Shown here: piece by piece, positions 16,904 to 25,828 of the stretch
Layout of the letters: each line of letters starts with the position of its first letter
Position numbering within the stretch: position 1 is the first letter of the stretch
From: Candidatus Nanohalobium sp.
GTDB lineage: Archaea; Nanohalarchaeota; Nanosalinia; Nanosalinales; Nanosalinaceae
NCBI GenBank assembly: GCA_042217555.1
Contig: JBDGSL010000022.1
Coordinates: 1 to 27,839 of the forward strand
Direction of reading: 5' to 3'
Length of the DNA: 27,839 nucleotides
Program-made: the position numbers and the translations under genes
Notes under the pieces: model-generated
What the model saw: only the letters and a program-made list of their open reading frames with translations
Database searches by the model: none
Told to the model about the DNA's origin: nothing

Positions 16904-18133
16904 TTATATTATGTTGATTGTCTGGTCTGTGATTTTGTATGTGGTTGCTGTTGCCATGATTAGGATTCCGGCGATGGTGAGTGGCATTGATGGTGTGGCG
17001 ATGGCTGCTGTGATTCCTGAGAGCATGCTGGGGAATGCGTTTCCGAGCGCTCTGATGCTTTGGTTGGTGCCGAGTGCGAGACCCTGGTTTTTTTCACTGG
17101 CTTTGTTTGAGACCAGTGTGTTTAGGCTGATCTGTGTTATGGAGTTGTTGAATGAGAACAGTGTTACTACTGCCATGAATGCTGTCAGGGAGTTTGGTAT
17201 GGGTTGGAGGAAGATGAAGAGTCCTGTGAGGAAGAGTGTTATCGGCATGACGTTTTCTTCCCTGTATCTGGTGAACAGTTGCGGAACTATGATTCCCTGG
17301 CCTATTATAAGCAGTATTCCGATGTAGAGGAAGAAGTTACCGGTTTGGAACTGTGTGAATCCGAAGTTTTTGACGAGGTAGACCGGTATGAAGGTTGTGA
17401 AGAATGCAAAACCTGAGAAGTAGAAGAAGTTGGCGGTGAAAAGCTTTTTCAGGCCTGGAAGTGTCAGTCCTTTCTTTAACTGGGTTAATGGTTTCAACCA
17501 GTCTATATGCTTGTCTTCCATTGGACTGGTCTCCTTGAGTGAAATCCTTACGTATACAAGTGAAAGTGCTGAAAGCAGGGCTGCGAACCAGAATGGGAAT
17601 GAGGCGGAGAAGAAGGGTAGGAAGTCGGATGACAGGAATCCTCCGAGGAAAGGCCCCAGGATAAAGCCTATTCCGTATGCCATGCCTATTATACCGAAGT
17701 TTTTGGACTTGTTGCTGTCTTCCGTCACGTCTGCGATAGTTGCCTGGGCTACAGAGATAAGGCCTCCTGTTAGACCGTTGACTATCCGGGAAATGAATAG
17801 GACTGCTATGTTACCCAGGGTTATGCCTACTGCGAATATAACAGATGCCAGTACTGTTCCCAGTATCGAGATCTGTATGGTCTTTCTTCTCCCGTATATG
17901 TCGCTTATTTCGCCGAGTATAGGGGTAGAAACAAACTGTGAAAGCGGGTAAAGACCTATCAGCAGTCCTAACAGTATGTATCCGGTCTGTATGGACAGGT
18001 TTTCTGGAAGCATGAAGAACCCTGAACCGGGCTCTGTCAGGAGAAGAGGTACTATAGGAAGCAGTATACCGAAGCTTATAACCTCTGCAACGATAGTAGG
18101 GAAAAGGGTACGGATAACTTTTGAACTACTCAT
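16904..18133 (-). CDS. MFS transporter, DHA1/TetA-like
   Basis: About 12 TMs, motif A GEISDIYGRRK, motif C GFILGPFLGG. ATG at 18133 preferred over TTG at 18154. Confidence 0.92.
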   Translation of the reverse strand: MSSSKVIRTLFPTIVAEVISFGILLPIVPLLLTEPGSGFFMLPENLSIQTGYILLGLLIGLYPLSQFVSTPILGEISDIYGRRKTIQISILGTVLASVIFAVGITLGNIAVLFISRIVNGLTGGLISVAQATIADVTEDSNKSKNFGIIGMAYGIGFILGPFLGGFLSSDFLPFFSASFPFWFAALLSALSLVYVRISLKETSPMEDKHIDWLKPLTQLKKGLTLPGLKKLFTANFFYFSGFAFFTTFIPVYLVKNFGFTQFQTGNFFLYIGILLIIGQGIIVPQLFTRYREENVMPITLFLTGLFIFLQPIPNSLTAFMAVVTLFSFNNSITQISLNTLVSNKASEKNQGLALGTNQSIRALGNAFPSMLSGITAAIATPSMPLTIAGILIMATATTYKITDQTINII

Positions 18134-18215
18134 GGAAAACAGGTTCTCCCACAAGTTATTTCAAACCGGCGAGAAACATAAAAACCGATTTAAAAACTGG
18201 AGCCAATCACCTGGT

Positions 18216-19178
18216 GTGAAGATAACGGAAAAAGACGGGATACACATACACGGCGAGAAAAAGGTTGTGGCTGACTCAAGAAACAGTAAGGGAGATATCA
18301 ACTTTGTTTCCCACGCACACTTCGATCACATGCACCGGTCGGACACAAAGGTGGTGGCCTCAGAGCTTACAGCAAAGCTGGCCGAAGCCCGTTCAGATGA
18401 AACGGTGCAGAGGACGGAATCAGAGAATTTAGAGCTTATCCCGTCTGGACACATACTTGGAAGTTCCTCGGCGTTGATCAAAGGTGAGGAAGATGTTCTC
18501 TACACAGGCGATGTATCACTAAGGGATAGAGTGTATCTTGATGGATTTAAACCGGTTTCTGCAGATATACTGGTAGTTGAGTCAACTTACGGTATACCGG
18601 CGTACAGGTTCCCTGAGCAACAAGTTATAGAAAACAGGATAAAGGACTTTATCCGGGATGAGGACTCTCCTCTGATCCTGTTCGGCTACTCTCTCGGTAA
18701 GGCTCAGAAGATACAGAAACTTGTCGAAGAAGCTACAGAAAGACCGGTCCTGGCGCATGAATCCGTCAAGAAGATGAACGATGTGGTAGAAGAAGCCACA
18801 GACATGAATTTCTCCGCTATTCCCTACGGAGAAAACAAGGAGCTGATGGAAGAAAATGGTATTCTGATAGCACCTTCAAGAAGCTCACAGAGTAACTGGG
18901 TTGAAAAACTTGTAGGTAAAACAGGTGCGGTCAAGGCCGGGTTCTCAGGATGGGCAACCACAGAATCGTTCAAGTACCGTGGAGGATACGACGAAACGTT
19001 CCAGTTGTCTGACCACTGCGACTTCGATGGACTGGTGGAACTTGTCGAGAAGGTTGACCCGGAAAAAGTCTACGTCCAGCACGGCTTCGACGAGGAGTTC
19101 GCATCATACCTGAAGAAGGAGAAAGGGTTTAACGCCCGTGCCCTGAAGAAGAATCAAAGCAGCCTCACAGATTTCTAG
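18216..19178 (+). CDS. Metallo-beta-lactamase/beta-CASP nuclease (COG1236-like) with C-terminal PIP box
   Basis: SHAHFDH, GHILGS, YTGD, VESTYG, YSLGKAQ, SGW, LSDHCD, HG motifs; ends QSSLTDF. GTG at 18216 with TTTAAAAA about 25 nt upstream. Confidence 0.9.
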   Translation: MKITEKDGIHIHGEKKVVADSRNSKGDINFVSHAHFDHMHRSDTKVVASELTAKLAEARSDETVQRTESENLELIPSGHILGSSSALIKGEEDVLYTGDVSLRDRVYLDGFKPVSADILVVESTYGIPAYRFPEQQVIENRIKDFIRDEDSPLILFGYSLGKAQKIQKLVEEATERPVLAHESVKKMNDVVEEATDMNFSAIPYGENKELMEENGILIAPSRSSQSNWVEKLVGKTGAVKAGFSGWATTESFKYRGGYDETFQLSDHCDFDGLVELVEKVDPEKVYVQHGFDEEFASYLKKEKGFNARALKKNQSSLTDF

Positions 19179-19813
19179 AAGTCCTCGGCCTTCATCTCCT
19201 TCTCCATCCGACGTACCGTCTCTTTATGCCTCTCCAGTCTTTCCCGGGCGACTTCCTCTGACCTCTGGAAGTGCAGTTCTTCGATCTGATCCTCGAACTC
19301 ATCCACTGCTGTATCCCAGAAGTACTCGATGCTCTCCCAGAACCCGCGGACGTGTTGACAGGAGTAATGTATCTGCCGCCAGAGATTACTGACCCCAAAG
19401 TTTGACACTTTGTCAGCGTCCTGCACAATCCTTCCTTCAGCAGTCTCCGGTTCTGAGTGATGGTTAAGTATAATTTCCCTGATCTTTTCCAGCTGTTCAT
19501 CTGTCACGAAATCTGAAACGTATTCTCCTACTATCCTGGCACCTCTCTCCGCATGGCCTTCATGGCCTTCAAACAGATCCATCTCACCGTCTTCAATATC
19601 TTCAGAACGGCCGATATCGTGGTACAGAGCAGATATCTCCAGAACCTTTCTGTCGACCTCTACATCCGGTTCGCCGGCCAGCTTACAGACCATTTTATGG
19701 ACGGTTTCCAGGTGTGTGAAACGGTAGTTCTTCCCGCCCGCGGTTTCAGTATAGTTAGAGAACTCTTCCCTCAGTCTTGACTTCAATTCCTCTAGCTCGG
19801 AATCCTTCAGCAT
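19175..19813 (-). CDS. HD-domain phosphohydrolase
   Basis: H...ALYHDIGR...HAERGA...ILNHH...VQDADK. Confidence 0.92.
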   Translation of the reverse strand: MLKDSELEELKSRLREEFSNYTETAGGKNYRFTHLETVHKMVCKLAGEPDVEVDRKVLEISALYHDIGRSEDIEDGEMDLFEGHEGHAERGARIVGEYVSDFVTDEQLEKIREIILNHHSEPETAEGRIVQDADKVSNFGVSNLWRQIHYSCQHVRGFWESIEYFWDTAVDEFEDQIEELHFQRSEEVARERLERHKETVRRMEKEMKAEDF

Positions 19814-19845
19814 GTGGAATTATTGGGTGGAAGTTTCTTTGAGTT

Positions 19846-20271
19846 TTACGGGTCAAAGAACAGATCATCCATCGCGGCGTCCACAAACTTCTCTTCTCTG
19901 TCCTTAAAAAGCGGTCTTACGTCCTCAACAGCTCTCCTGTCTTTTGAGGTTAGCTGGGCGCCGAACTCTTTCCTGGCTGATCTGACTACGTCTATGTCTT
20001 TCTGTAGTCTCCTTGATATCTCCCTTGCTTCTTCTTTTCCGTGCTGATCGAAGTCTGTCAGTACTACGACTTTTTCTGTGGAGCGTGTTATGTCTTCGCA
20101 GAGGTCGTCGTGTGTTCTTTCCGCTGAGAGAAATATTTTTCCTTTGAAGCCAAGTTTCTGAAGCATTTTTTTGTCAGCCCAGCCCTCTACTACTGCTGCG
20201 TCCACATCACCTGAAATCTTCTTGACGATTTTTTCCAATCTTTTCTTCTCAATGTAGTCCTGTCTTTTCAT
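19846..20271 (-). CDS. Stand-alone TOPRIM-domain protein (small primase-like/RNase M5-like)
   Basis: VVEGWADK and VLTDFDQHG TOPRIM motifs. Confidence 0.88.
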   Translation of the reverse strand: MKRQDYIEKKRLEKIVKKISGDVDAAVVEGWADKKMLQKLGFKGKIFLSAERTHDDLCEDITRSTEKVVVLTDFDQHGKEEAREISRRLQKDIDVVRSARKEFGAQLTSKDRRAVEDVRPLFKDREEKFVDAAMDDLFFDP

Positions 20272-21500
20272 TTTTCCGTAAGTTCTGCTATCTTCCTGCT
20301 GTATACAGGGTTTACAGATGAGTGGAAAATATTTTTAACTGTCTGGCTGTATTCCCGGAAGTTTTCTCTTCTCCTGTGTTTTATCTCCAGGTTTTCCCCT
20401 ACTTCTATGACGTGTTTCCATGTCCTGTCCTCAAGCTCTCCCAGTTCTTTACGTGTATTCATATTTCTCTCCTTTATCCTTGAAGCAGCTTCCTCATTCA
20501 GGTAGGCAGTTACCTCGTGTTTCACGTCCCTCTCTGATTTCACTGTAAGCCGGAACTCCAGTTCCGGAGAGACAAGTTCTATAACTCCGTCCCTGTAGTT
20601 TTTCTCCACTTGCAGCCGGGGATGGAACAGTTCTGCTACCTGTTCAGGTGAAAGTATCCCCATGGCGTCCCGAAGTTTTTCCTTGAACTCTTCAGGTCTA
20701 CACGTGAAGTCCGAGTCCACGTCAAAGCTGTGGATGGATACATAGTACGCGTCCTGCTCTATCTTTTCCTCCAGCTGCCTGGCCCTTCTCTCCGCTTTCC
20801 GGGCTTCTTCCGCCGAGTAAGGTACATCAACGAGAAATACGCCGTCCCGCATGCTGTGCTGGAGAACGGCGTCCGAAGGAGGTGAGAACTCGAGGGAGCT
20901 GAAGGGAGGAGTGTAGAGCTTGAGACTCAGGAACTCCTCCTCAAGCTCTTCCAGGTCTGAATGAACTTTCTCCAGTCTCCGGCGGAAAGGCCTCAGTGAA
21001 CGGTTTAAAAGCCGGGCCTGGCTCTGTGAAAGCTCTTTTCTCTCCGCCATCTTCGCCACGTCCCGGACTATCCTGTTGGTATCATTGTATATCAGTTCTT
21101 TCTGAAGGAACTGGTGCGCTCTCCTGAAAGCAACGGTTTCAAACTCTGAAGCTGCCTCTTCTAAAGTTATGAAGATCCCTCTCAGCTCATGTTCTGAAAG
21201 CTCGGAAAGTTCGAGTCCGACGTCGACAGGGTTGCGTTCGACCTGGCTGATGTATTTTTCCATACGTTTCTCGTCCTCACTGTCTATACTTCCTTTGTTC
21301 TTAGCGTCCAGCACCCAGATCTCCTTTTTTTCCTCTCTCGTAATGCGTGCAAAGGCGTCAGGCCTTGAATTGTCGCTGAGAGACCCCACTCTCTCAAAGA
21401 AGTCGAAGAAGCCTTCATACTGGCGTACAAGGTCAAGTACGTCTGTCTGGAAGACCTTCCAATCTCTGTTTATTCTTCGACCGTTTTTCTTCTCAGACAT
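20268..21500 (-). CDS. Hypothetical protein with N-terminal PD-(D/E)xK-like nuclease domain
   Basis: WKVFQ...RPDAFAR...VLDAKNK resembles the Mrr-like restriction-endonuclease fold. Overlaps the neighbouring genes, suggesting an operon. Confidence 0.55.
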   Translation of the reverse strand: MSEKKNGRRINRDWKVFQTDVLDLVRQYEGFFDFFERVGSLSDNSRPDAFARITREEKKEIWVLDAKNKGSIDSEDEKRMEKYISQVERNPVDVGLELSELSEHELRGIFITLEEAASEFETVAFRRAHQFLQKELIYNDTNRIVRDVAKMAERKELSQSQARLLNRSLRPFRRRLEKVHSDLEELEEEFLSLKLYTPPFSSLEFSPPSDAVLQHSMRDGVFLVDVPYSAEEARKAERRARQLEEKIEQDAYYVSIHSFDVDSDFTCRPEEFKEKLRDAMGILSPEQVAELFHPRLQVEKNYRDGVIELVSPELEFRLTVKSERDVKHEVTAYLNEEAASRIKERNMNTRKELGELEDRTWKHVIEVGENLEIKHRRRENFREYSQTVKNIFHSSVNPVYSRKIAELTEK

Positions 21501-22404
21501 TTTTCTCCATCACCCTGTACTCATCTATCTCTCCGTCGCTGTTTAAATCCAGTCCCTTCACCACTGCGTAGAACCGGCCTCCCTCGTAACCTTCTACTAG
21601 CTGTTCCAGGTCTGAAAACGCTTTTACAGCCGCTCTGGTACCCTTGCTCTGTACTCCTGCGACAAGAAACAGGCTTTCACTCCTGTTTTGAGGGTTAGGT
21701 GTCTTCGCAACCACACCTATCTCTCCCGAGCCGTAACTGTTTTCAGGAGTCCTCAACTCTCTGTAAGGGAACTTATCGCTGGGAAAGTACGCAGGAAAGC
21801 TCTCATTGAACTCCTTCGCCACCACATTGGTAAGTACGCCGCCCAGAAGAAGCAGAGACCTGTCAAACAGTTCCTTCTTCACTATCTCGGTGTCAAGAAG
21901 CACGACGTCGCTGTTTCGCCTGGAGTAGTTTCCCAGCTTGAAAGCTATCTCCGAGGCAAGATGTCCGTCACGCGCCCGTACCTGGTCAGGGCCGTGCTGA
22001 TCCGGAGAACCCGCTACAACATGCCCGTTCATCTCCTTCTCACGTACCAGAGGCCGGAGAAAACTTACAGCGTCACTGTTACTCTCCGGTACGGGAAACT
22101 CCTCGCTGTCTCCATCCAGGTCAAGCACATAGGCATCCTCCGAAGGCCTGTAATAGGTTGCCTCACCGCCTGAAATCTGTGAACTGCTGTCTTTCTCCAC
22201 CAGTCCTGCATCCTCCATCTTCCGGAAATGATAGTAGATCTTCTGCCTGTCACATCCAAGTTTTTCAGCAATTTCAGCAGGATAAGAAGGATTCTCAGCC
22301 AGCTCTTCCAGTATATCTGCCCTTAAAGGCGTTAAAACAGATAACTGCTTGTCGGAAAGCCTTTCGGCCTCCACTATGCTACCATCTCTCACAAAACCTT
22401 CCAT
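21493..22404 (-). CDS. ArsR-like HTH transcriptional regulator with C-terminal alpha/beta domain
   Basis: PLRADILEELAENPSYPAEIAEKLG..RQKIYYHFRKMEDAGLV winged HTH; C-terminal LLLLGG..TN and VAG...GT.AA. Confidence 0.8.
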   Translation of the reverse strand: MEGFVRDGSIVEAERLSDKQLSVLTPLRADILEELAENPSYPAEIAEKLGCDRQKIYYHFRKMEDAGLVEKDSSSQISGGEATYYRPSEDAYVLDLDGDSEEFPVPESNSDAVSFLRPLVREKEMNGHVVAGSPDQHGPDQVRARDGHLASEIAFKLGNYSRRNSDVVLLDTEIVKKELFDRSLLLLGGVLTNVVAKEFNESFPAYFPSDKFPYRELRTPENSYGSGEIGVVAKTPNPQNRSESLFLVAGVQSKGTRAAVKAFSDLEQLVEGYEGGRFYAVVKGLDLNSDGEIDEYRVMEKNV

Positions 22405-22563
22405 TGTAACAAGTTTTTAACAGGACTTATAAATAAGTCCAGGTGTTTTTCTTTTCACCTATTTTTCCCTGTGTTAAGAAAGACTGTTGTAAAGTATTTT
22501 TTACAGGATTGGTGTGTTTGCAGATGGCTTTTAAGATGGTGGAGTGCGTACAGTTGTCTAGTT

Positions 22564-24294
22564 ATGTGCGGAATCGTAGGCTACAAGGGAGAAGGCGATG
22601 CATCGGAGATAGTTTTCAAAGGACTGAAGAAGCTTGAGTACAGAGGCTATGACTCGGCAGGCATAGCAACTGCCAGAGAGTCTTCCGTACAGGTAGAGAA
22701 AGGAGAAGGCACTATCGACGAGGTATCTCCCGAGCCACGTGAAAGCCAGGCAGGCATAGGACACACCCGCTGGGCCACACATGGAGGAGTAAACGATACG
22801 AACGCACATCCGCACACTGACTGCAGCGAAGATATTGCAGTCGTACACAACGGGATAATAAACAACTACGAGGAACTACGGCAGGAGCTTGAGAGGAAAG
22901 ACCACAGCTTTAAATCGGAGACGGATACAGAAGTCATCCCTCACCTTATGGAGGAAGCAGTGGACGATGAGAAAACTCTGGAGGCAGCAGCTCAGAGAGT
23001 GGCTGACAGGCTTCAGGGCTCCTACGCTGTCGTGGCGGCTTTCTCCACCGGCGACATAGTAGCGTTCAAGAACGAGTCTCCGCTCGTGATAGGGGTTGGA
23101 GAGGAAGAGAACTTTCTGGCCTCCGATGTCACACCATTCCTTGAACACACCGATGAAGCAATCTTCCTGGAGGACGGAGAGACAGCAGTACTTAATGGAG
23201 AACTGAAGATATTCCACGAAGGAAAACAGGTAGATAAAAAACCGGAGAAGATCGACTGGGACGCAGAACAGGCCTCCAAGGAGGGACACAACCACTTTAT
23301 GGAGAAAGAAATCAAGGAACAGAGCCAGACAGTTAAAAGGGCAGCATTCCAGGACCGTTCAGACATGGTAAAAGCCGTAAAAATGGTTGAAGAAGCGGAA
23401 AACGTCTACCTGACAGGATGTGGGACAGCAAGCTTTGCATCCAGCCTCGGAGCCAAGTACCTGAGAGATACAGGGATCAAAACTATCTCGGAACAGGCCC
23501 ACGAACTTGAGTACAGAGCCGACGAGATAGGAGAAGAAGACCTGGTCATAGCTGTAAGCCAGTCAGGAGAAACAGCAGATCTTCTCTCAATGCTGAAAAA
23601 AGTGGATGCACCGGTACTTGCAGTAGTAAACGTCGTCGGATCAACTCTTGCAAGAAAATCAGACCACAAAATCTTTGTCAACGCCGGTCCGGAGATCGGA
23701 GTAGCATCCACGAAAGCGTTTACAGCACAGGTAACAGCCCTCAAACTTTTGAAATACACGCTTCAACACAGACTGGAAAAAGGCCGCAAAACACTTGTAG
23801 AAACAGCAGACAAGATAGAAAAAGTGCTGGAAGAACAGGAAGAAACCCTGGAAGAGATCAGCGACTACCTGCTGGAGAAAGACCACGTCTTCACCATAGG
23901 CAGGAACAAAGGCCACGAGATGGCGAAAGAGTCCGCACTGAAACTGAAAGAACTCTCCTACATACACGTCGAAGCATTCCCGGGAGGAGAGTTCAAACAT
24001 GGAAACCTGGCGCTTGTAGAAGACGGCGTACCGGTTATAAGCTTCCTGAAAGAAGAAAGCTTCGACGAGATACTGTCCAACACGCTGGAAGCCCATTCAA
24101 GAGGAGCAGACATAATAGGAGTAGGTACAGAAGAACTTGAAAACTTCAAACACTTCATCCGGATACCAGACGACCCCAACCAGGAGATACTGGAAGTGAT
24201 ACCGTTCCAGATGATAGCCTACAGAACATCCATAAAGAAAGGTAACAACCCTGACAAACCCCGCAACCTGGCCAAAAGCGTCACAGTCAAGTAA
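22564..24294 (+). CDS. glmS: Glutamine--fructose-6-phosphate aminotransferase
   Basis: N-terminal MCGIVGY (catalytic Cys1), LEYRGYDSAG, GHTRWATHG, SQSGETAD, VASTKAF, PRNLAKSVTVK. Confidence 0.99.
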   Translation: MCGIVGYKGEGDASEIVFKGLKKLEYRGYDSAGIATARESSVQVEKGEGTIDEVSPEPRESQAGIGHTRWATHGGVNDTNAHPHTDCSEDIAVVHNGIINNYEELRQELERKDHSFKSETDTEVIPHLMEEAVDDEKTLEAAAQRVADRLQGSYAVVAAFSTGDIVAFKNESPLVIGVGEEENFLASDVTPFLEHTDEAIFLEDGETAVLNGELKIFHEGKQVDKKPEKIDWDAEQASKEGHNHFMEKEIKEQSQTVKRAAFQDRSDMVKAVKMVEEAENVYLTGCGTASFASSLGAKYLRDTGIKTISEQAHELEYRADEIGEEDLVIAVSQSGETADLLSMLKKVDAPVLAVVNVVGSTLARKSDHKIFVNAGPEIGVASTKAFTAQVTALKLLKYTLQHRLEKGRKTLVETADKIEKVLEEQEETLEEISDYLLEKDHVFTIGRNKGHEMAKESALKLKELSYIHVEAFPGGEFKHGNLALVEDGVPVISFLKEESFDEILSNTLEAHSRGADIIGVGTEELENFKHFIRIPDDPNQEILEVIPFQMIAYRTSIKKGNNPDKPRNLAKSVTVK

Positions 24295-24359
24295 AAAAGA
24301 AACTTGCTTCTGCAGAACTGTCTACAGATTTTTTAACCTGGCCGGGATAAACTTTACAC

Positions 24360-24803
24360 ATGAAGAAAGCACTCGTACTACTCGTACTTCTCACACCTTC
24401 ACTCGCAGGAGCCGTAACAGAAACAGAACTACAGCAGTTCAAACAGTCCTACAACCAGCAGACAGAACAGGTACCATCCTTCGTCGGCGAAATAGTAGGA
24501 GGAGAGAAGATCAGCTTCAAGATGGAAGTAAACGGAGAAAACCAGACGCTCGGAGTAGCATTTGAAGGAGTGAAGATATCAAACATCACCCGGAAAGAGT
24601 TCGACAAACCCACACTGAAGGTATGGACCCGACAGGAAACAGTTACAGCAGTGATAAACTCCGAAAACTCGTACGCCACACTCCAGCAAAAACTCGACGA
24701 AAAAAAGATACAGTACAAAGCCACAAACATGGAAACAGGCCTGAAAGTCATGATATTCGACACACTGAGAAACCTCGCCGACATGATCGGACTAAACCTC
24801 TGA
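24360..24803 (+). CDS. Secreted hypothetical protein
   Basis: Signal peptide MKKALVLLVLLTPSLAGA; 147-aa ORF. Confidence 0.8.
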   Translation: MKKALVLLVLLTPSLAGAVTETELQQFKQSYNQQTEQVPSFVGEIVGGEKISFKMEVNGENQTLGVAFEGVKISNITRKEFDKPTLKVWTRQETVTAVINSENSYATLQQKLDEKKIQYKATNMETGLKVMIFDTLRNLADMIGLNL

Positions 24804-25379
24804 ACCAGGCTCAACAACCCTGCAGTCAATACTTCGATCCTCCAGCTCGGCCTCAACCCTCCTCACATCCTTCCCCACCTCATCAAAACGGTACGGAACA
24901 ACAAGATCCGGCTTGATACTTACACCCGCCCTCACAGCATCCTCAACACCCATAACACCTCCAACAGGCAAAAACGCCATATCCACACGGTTCTCCAAAT
25001 CCCTCATATCATCAACAAAACCTGTCTCACCAGCCACATAGAAACTCATACCACCCATACTGAAACGATAACCCACACCACGCAAACCACCATCATACGC
25101 AGGAACCGCCTCAATCTCCACACCATAAACATCAATCATCTCACCCGGCCCCAGAAACTCCACATCACGGAAAGAAACATCACCCACAGACCCAGGAAAC
25201 ACAAAAACAGTCCTACCACCATTCAAATCCTCCAAAACCTCAGAATCAAAACCCTTCCCCGTCACAAGCACAAGATCAGCCTCAACATCAACACAGGAAA
25301 CAGGATCAACAACCACAGAAAAACCATCATCCTCAACACAGACACAACCACCCCCCATCCAAGACACATCAAAAACCAC
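24792..25379 (-). CDS. MBL-fold (UPF0173/Lactamase_B_3-like) protein lacking metal-binding His residues
   Basis: VVVDP...ADLVLVT, IEAVPAY, FYVAGETG, DMAFLPVGG, AV..IKP.LVVP scaffold present. HxHxDH is replaced by TGKGFD. Confidence 0.75.
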   Translation of the reverse strand: MVFDVSWMGGGCVCVEDDGFSVVVDPVSCVDVEADLVLVTGKGFDSEVLEDLNGGRTVFVFPGSVGDVSFRDVEFLGPGEMIDVYGVEIEAVPAYDGGLRGVGYRFSMGGMSFYVAGETGFVDDMRDLENRVDMAFLPVGGVMGVEDAVRAGVSIKPDLVVPYRFDEVGKDVRRVEAELEDRSIDCRVVEPGSEV

Positions 25380-25610
25380 AGAAACTCTCCCCCACTACCA
25401 TACAACCCAAAATAAAACACAAAAACAATTAAACACTAACCCCTCTCAACCACCACGGGAATAAAAAACTCACCACCAAAAAACCAAACACACACCAAAA
25501 ACACAGGGGCAGCACAAGAAACTCCTGCCAACCACGCAAATCAAAAGATTTGCTGGAGCAGAAGACATTCAACATCTTCAACCCCGTCAACACACCCCAT
25601 ACCACAAGAT

Positions 25611-25805
25611 GCGGGGGTAGCCAAGTGGTCAAAGGCGCAGGGTTTAGGAACCTTCAGTTTCCAGACGGAAACAAGGACCGAGAAGACGAAAATCCACCAA
25701 TGGATTTTCTCAAAGAAGATTCCGAAGGCAAACTTCGGATCTCTGATCTTCAATTAAAATACCCTGTCGGTTAGCCGTTCGCAGGTTCAAATCCTGTCCC
25801 CCGCA
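25611..25805 (+). tRNA. tRNA-Leu(UAG) with a 112-nt intron at 37/38 (intron 25649-25760)
   Basis: Acceptor GCGGGGG/CCCCCGC+A, anticodon stem CAGGG/CCCTG with loop TT-TAG-G|A, long variable arm CGGTTAGCCG, T arm GCAGG-TTCAAAT-CCTGT. BHB with TTTA/TAAA helix and GGA/ATA bulges. Confidence 0.95.
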
Positions 25806-25828
25806 CTACAGCCTTTCTGTTTAATTCA

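Noticed and set aside
17976..18215. N-terminal extensions given by the ORF track for the MBL nuclease (also glmS at 22471 and GGR at 14895)
   Set aside because: They overlap divergent genes or precede the conserved N-terminus; GlmS must begin at Met-Cys.
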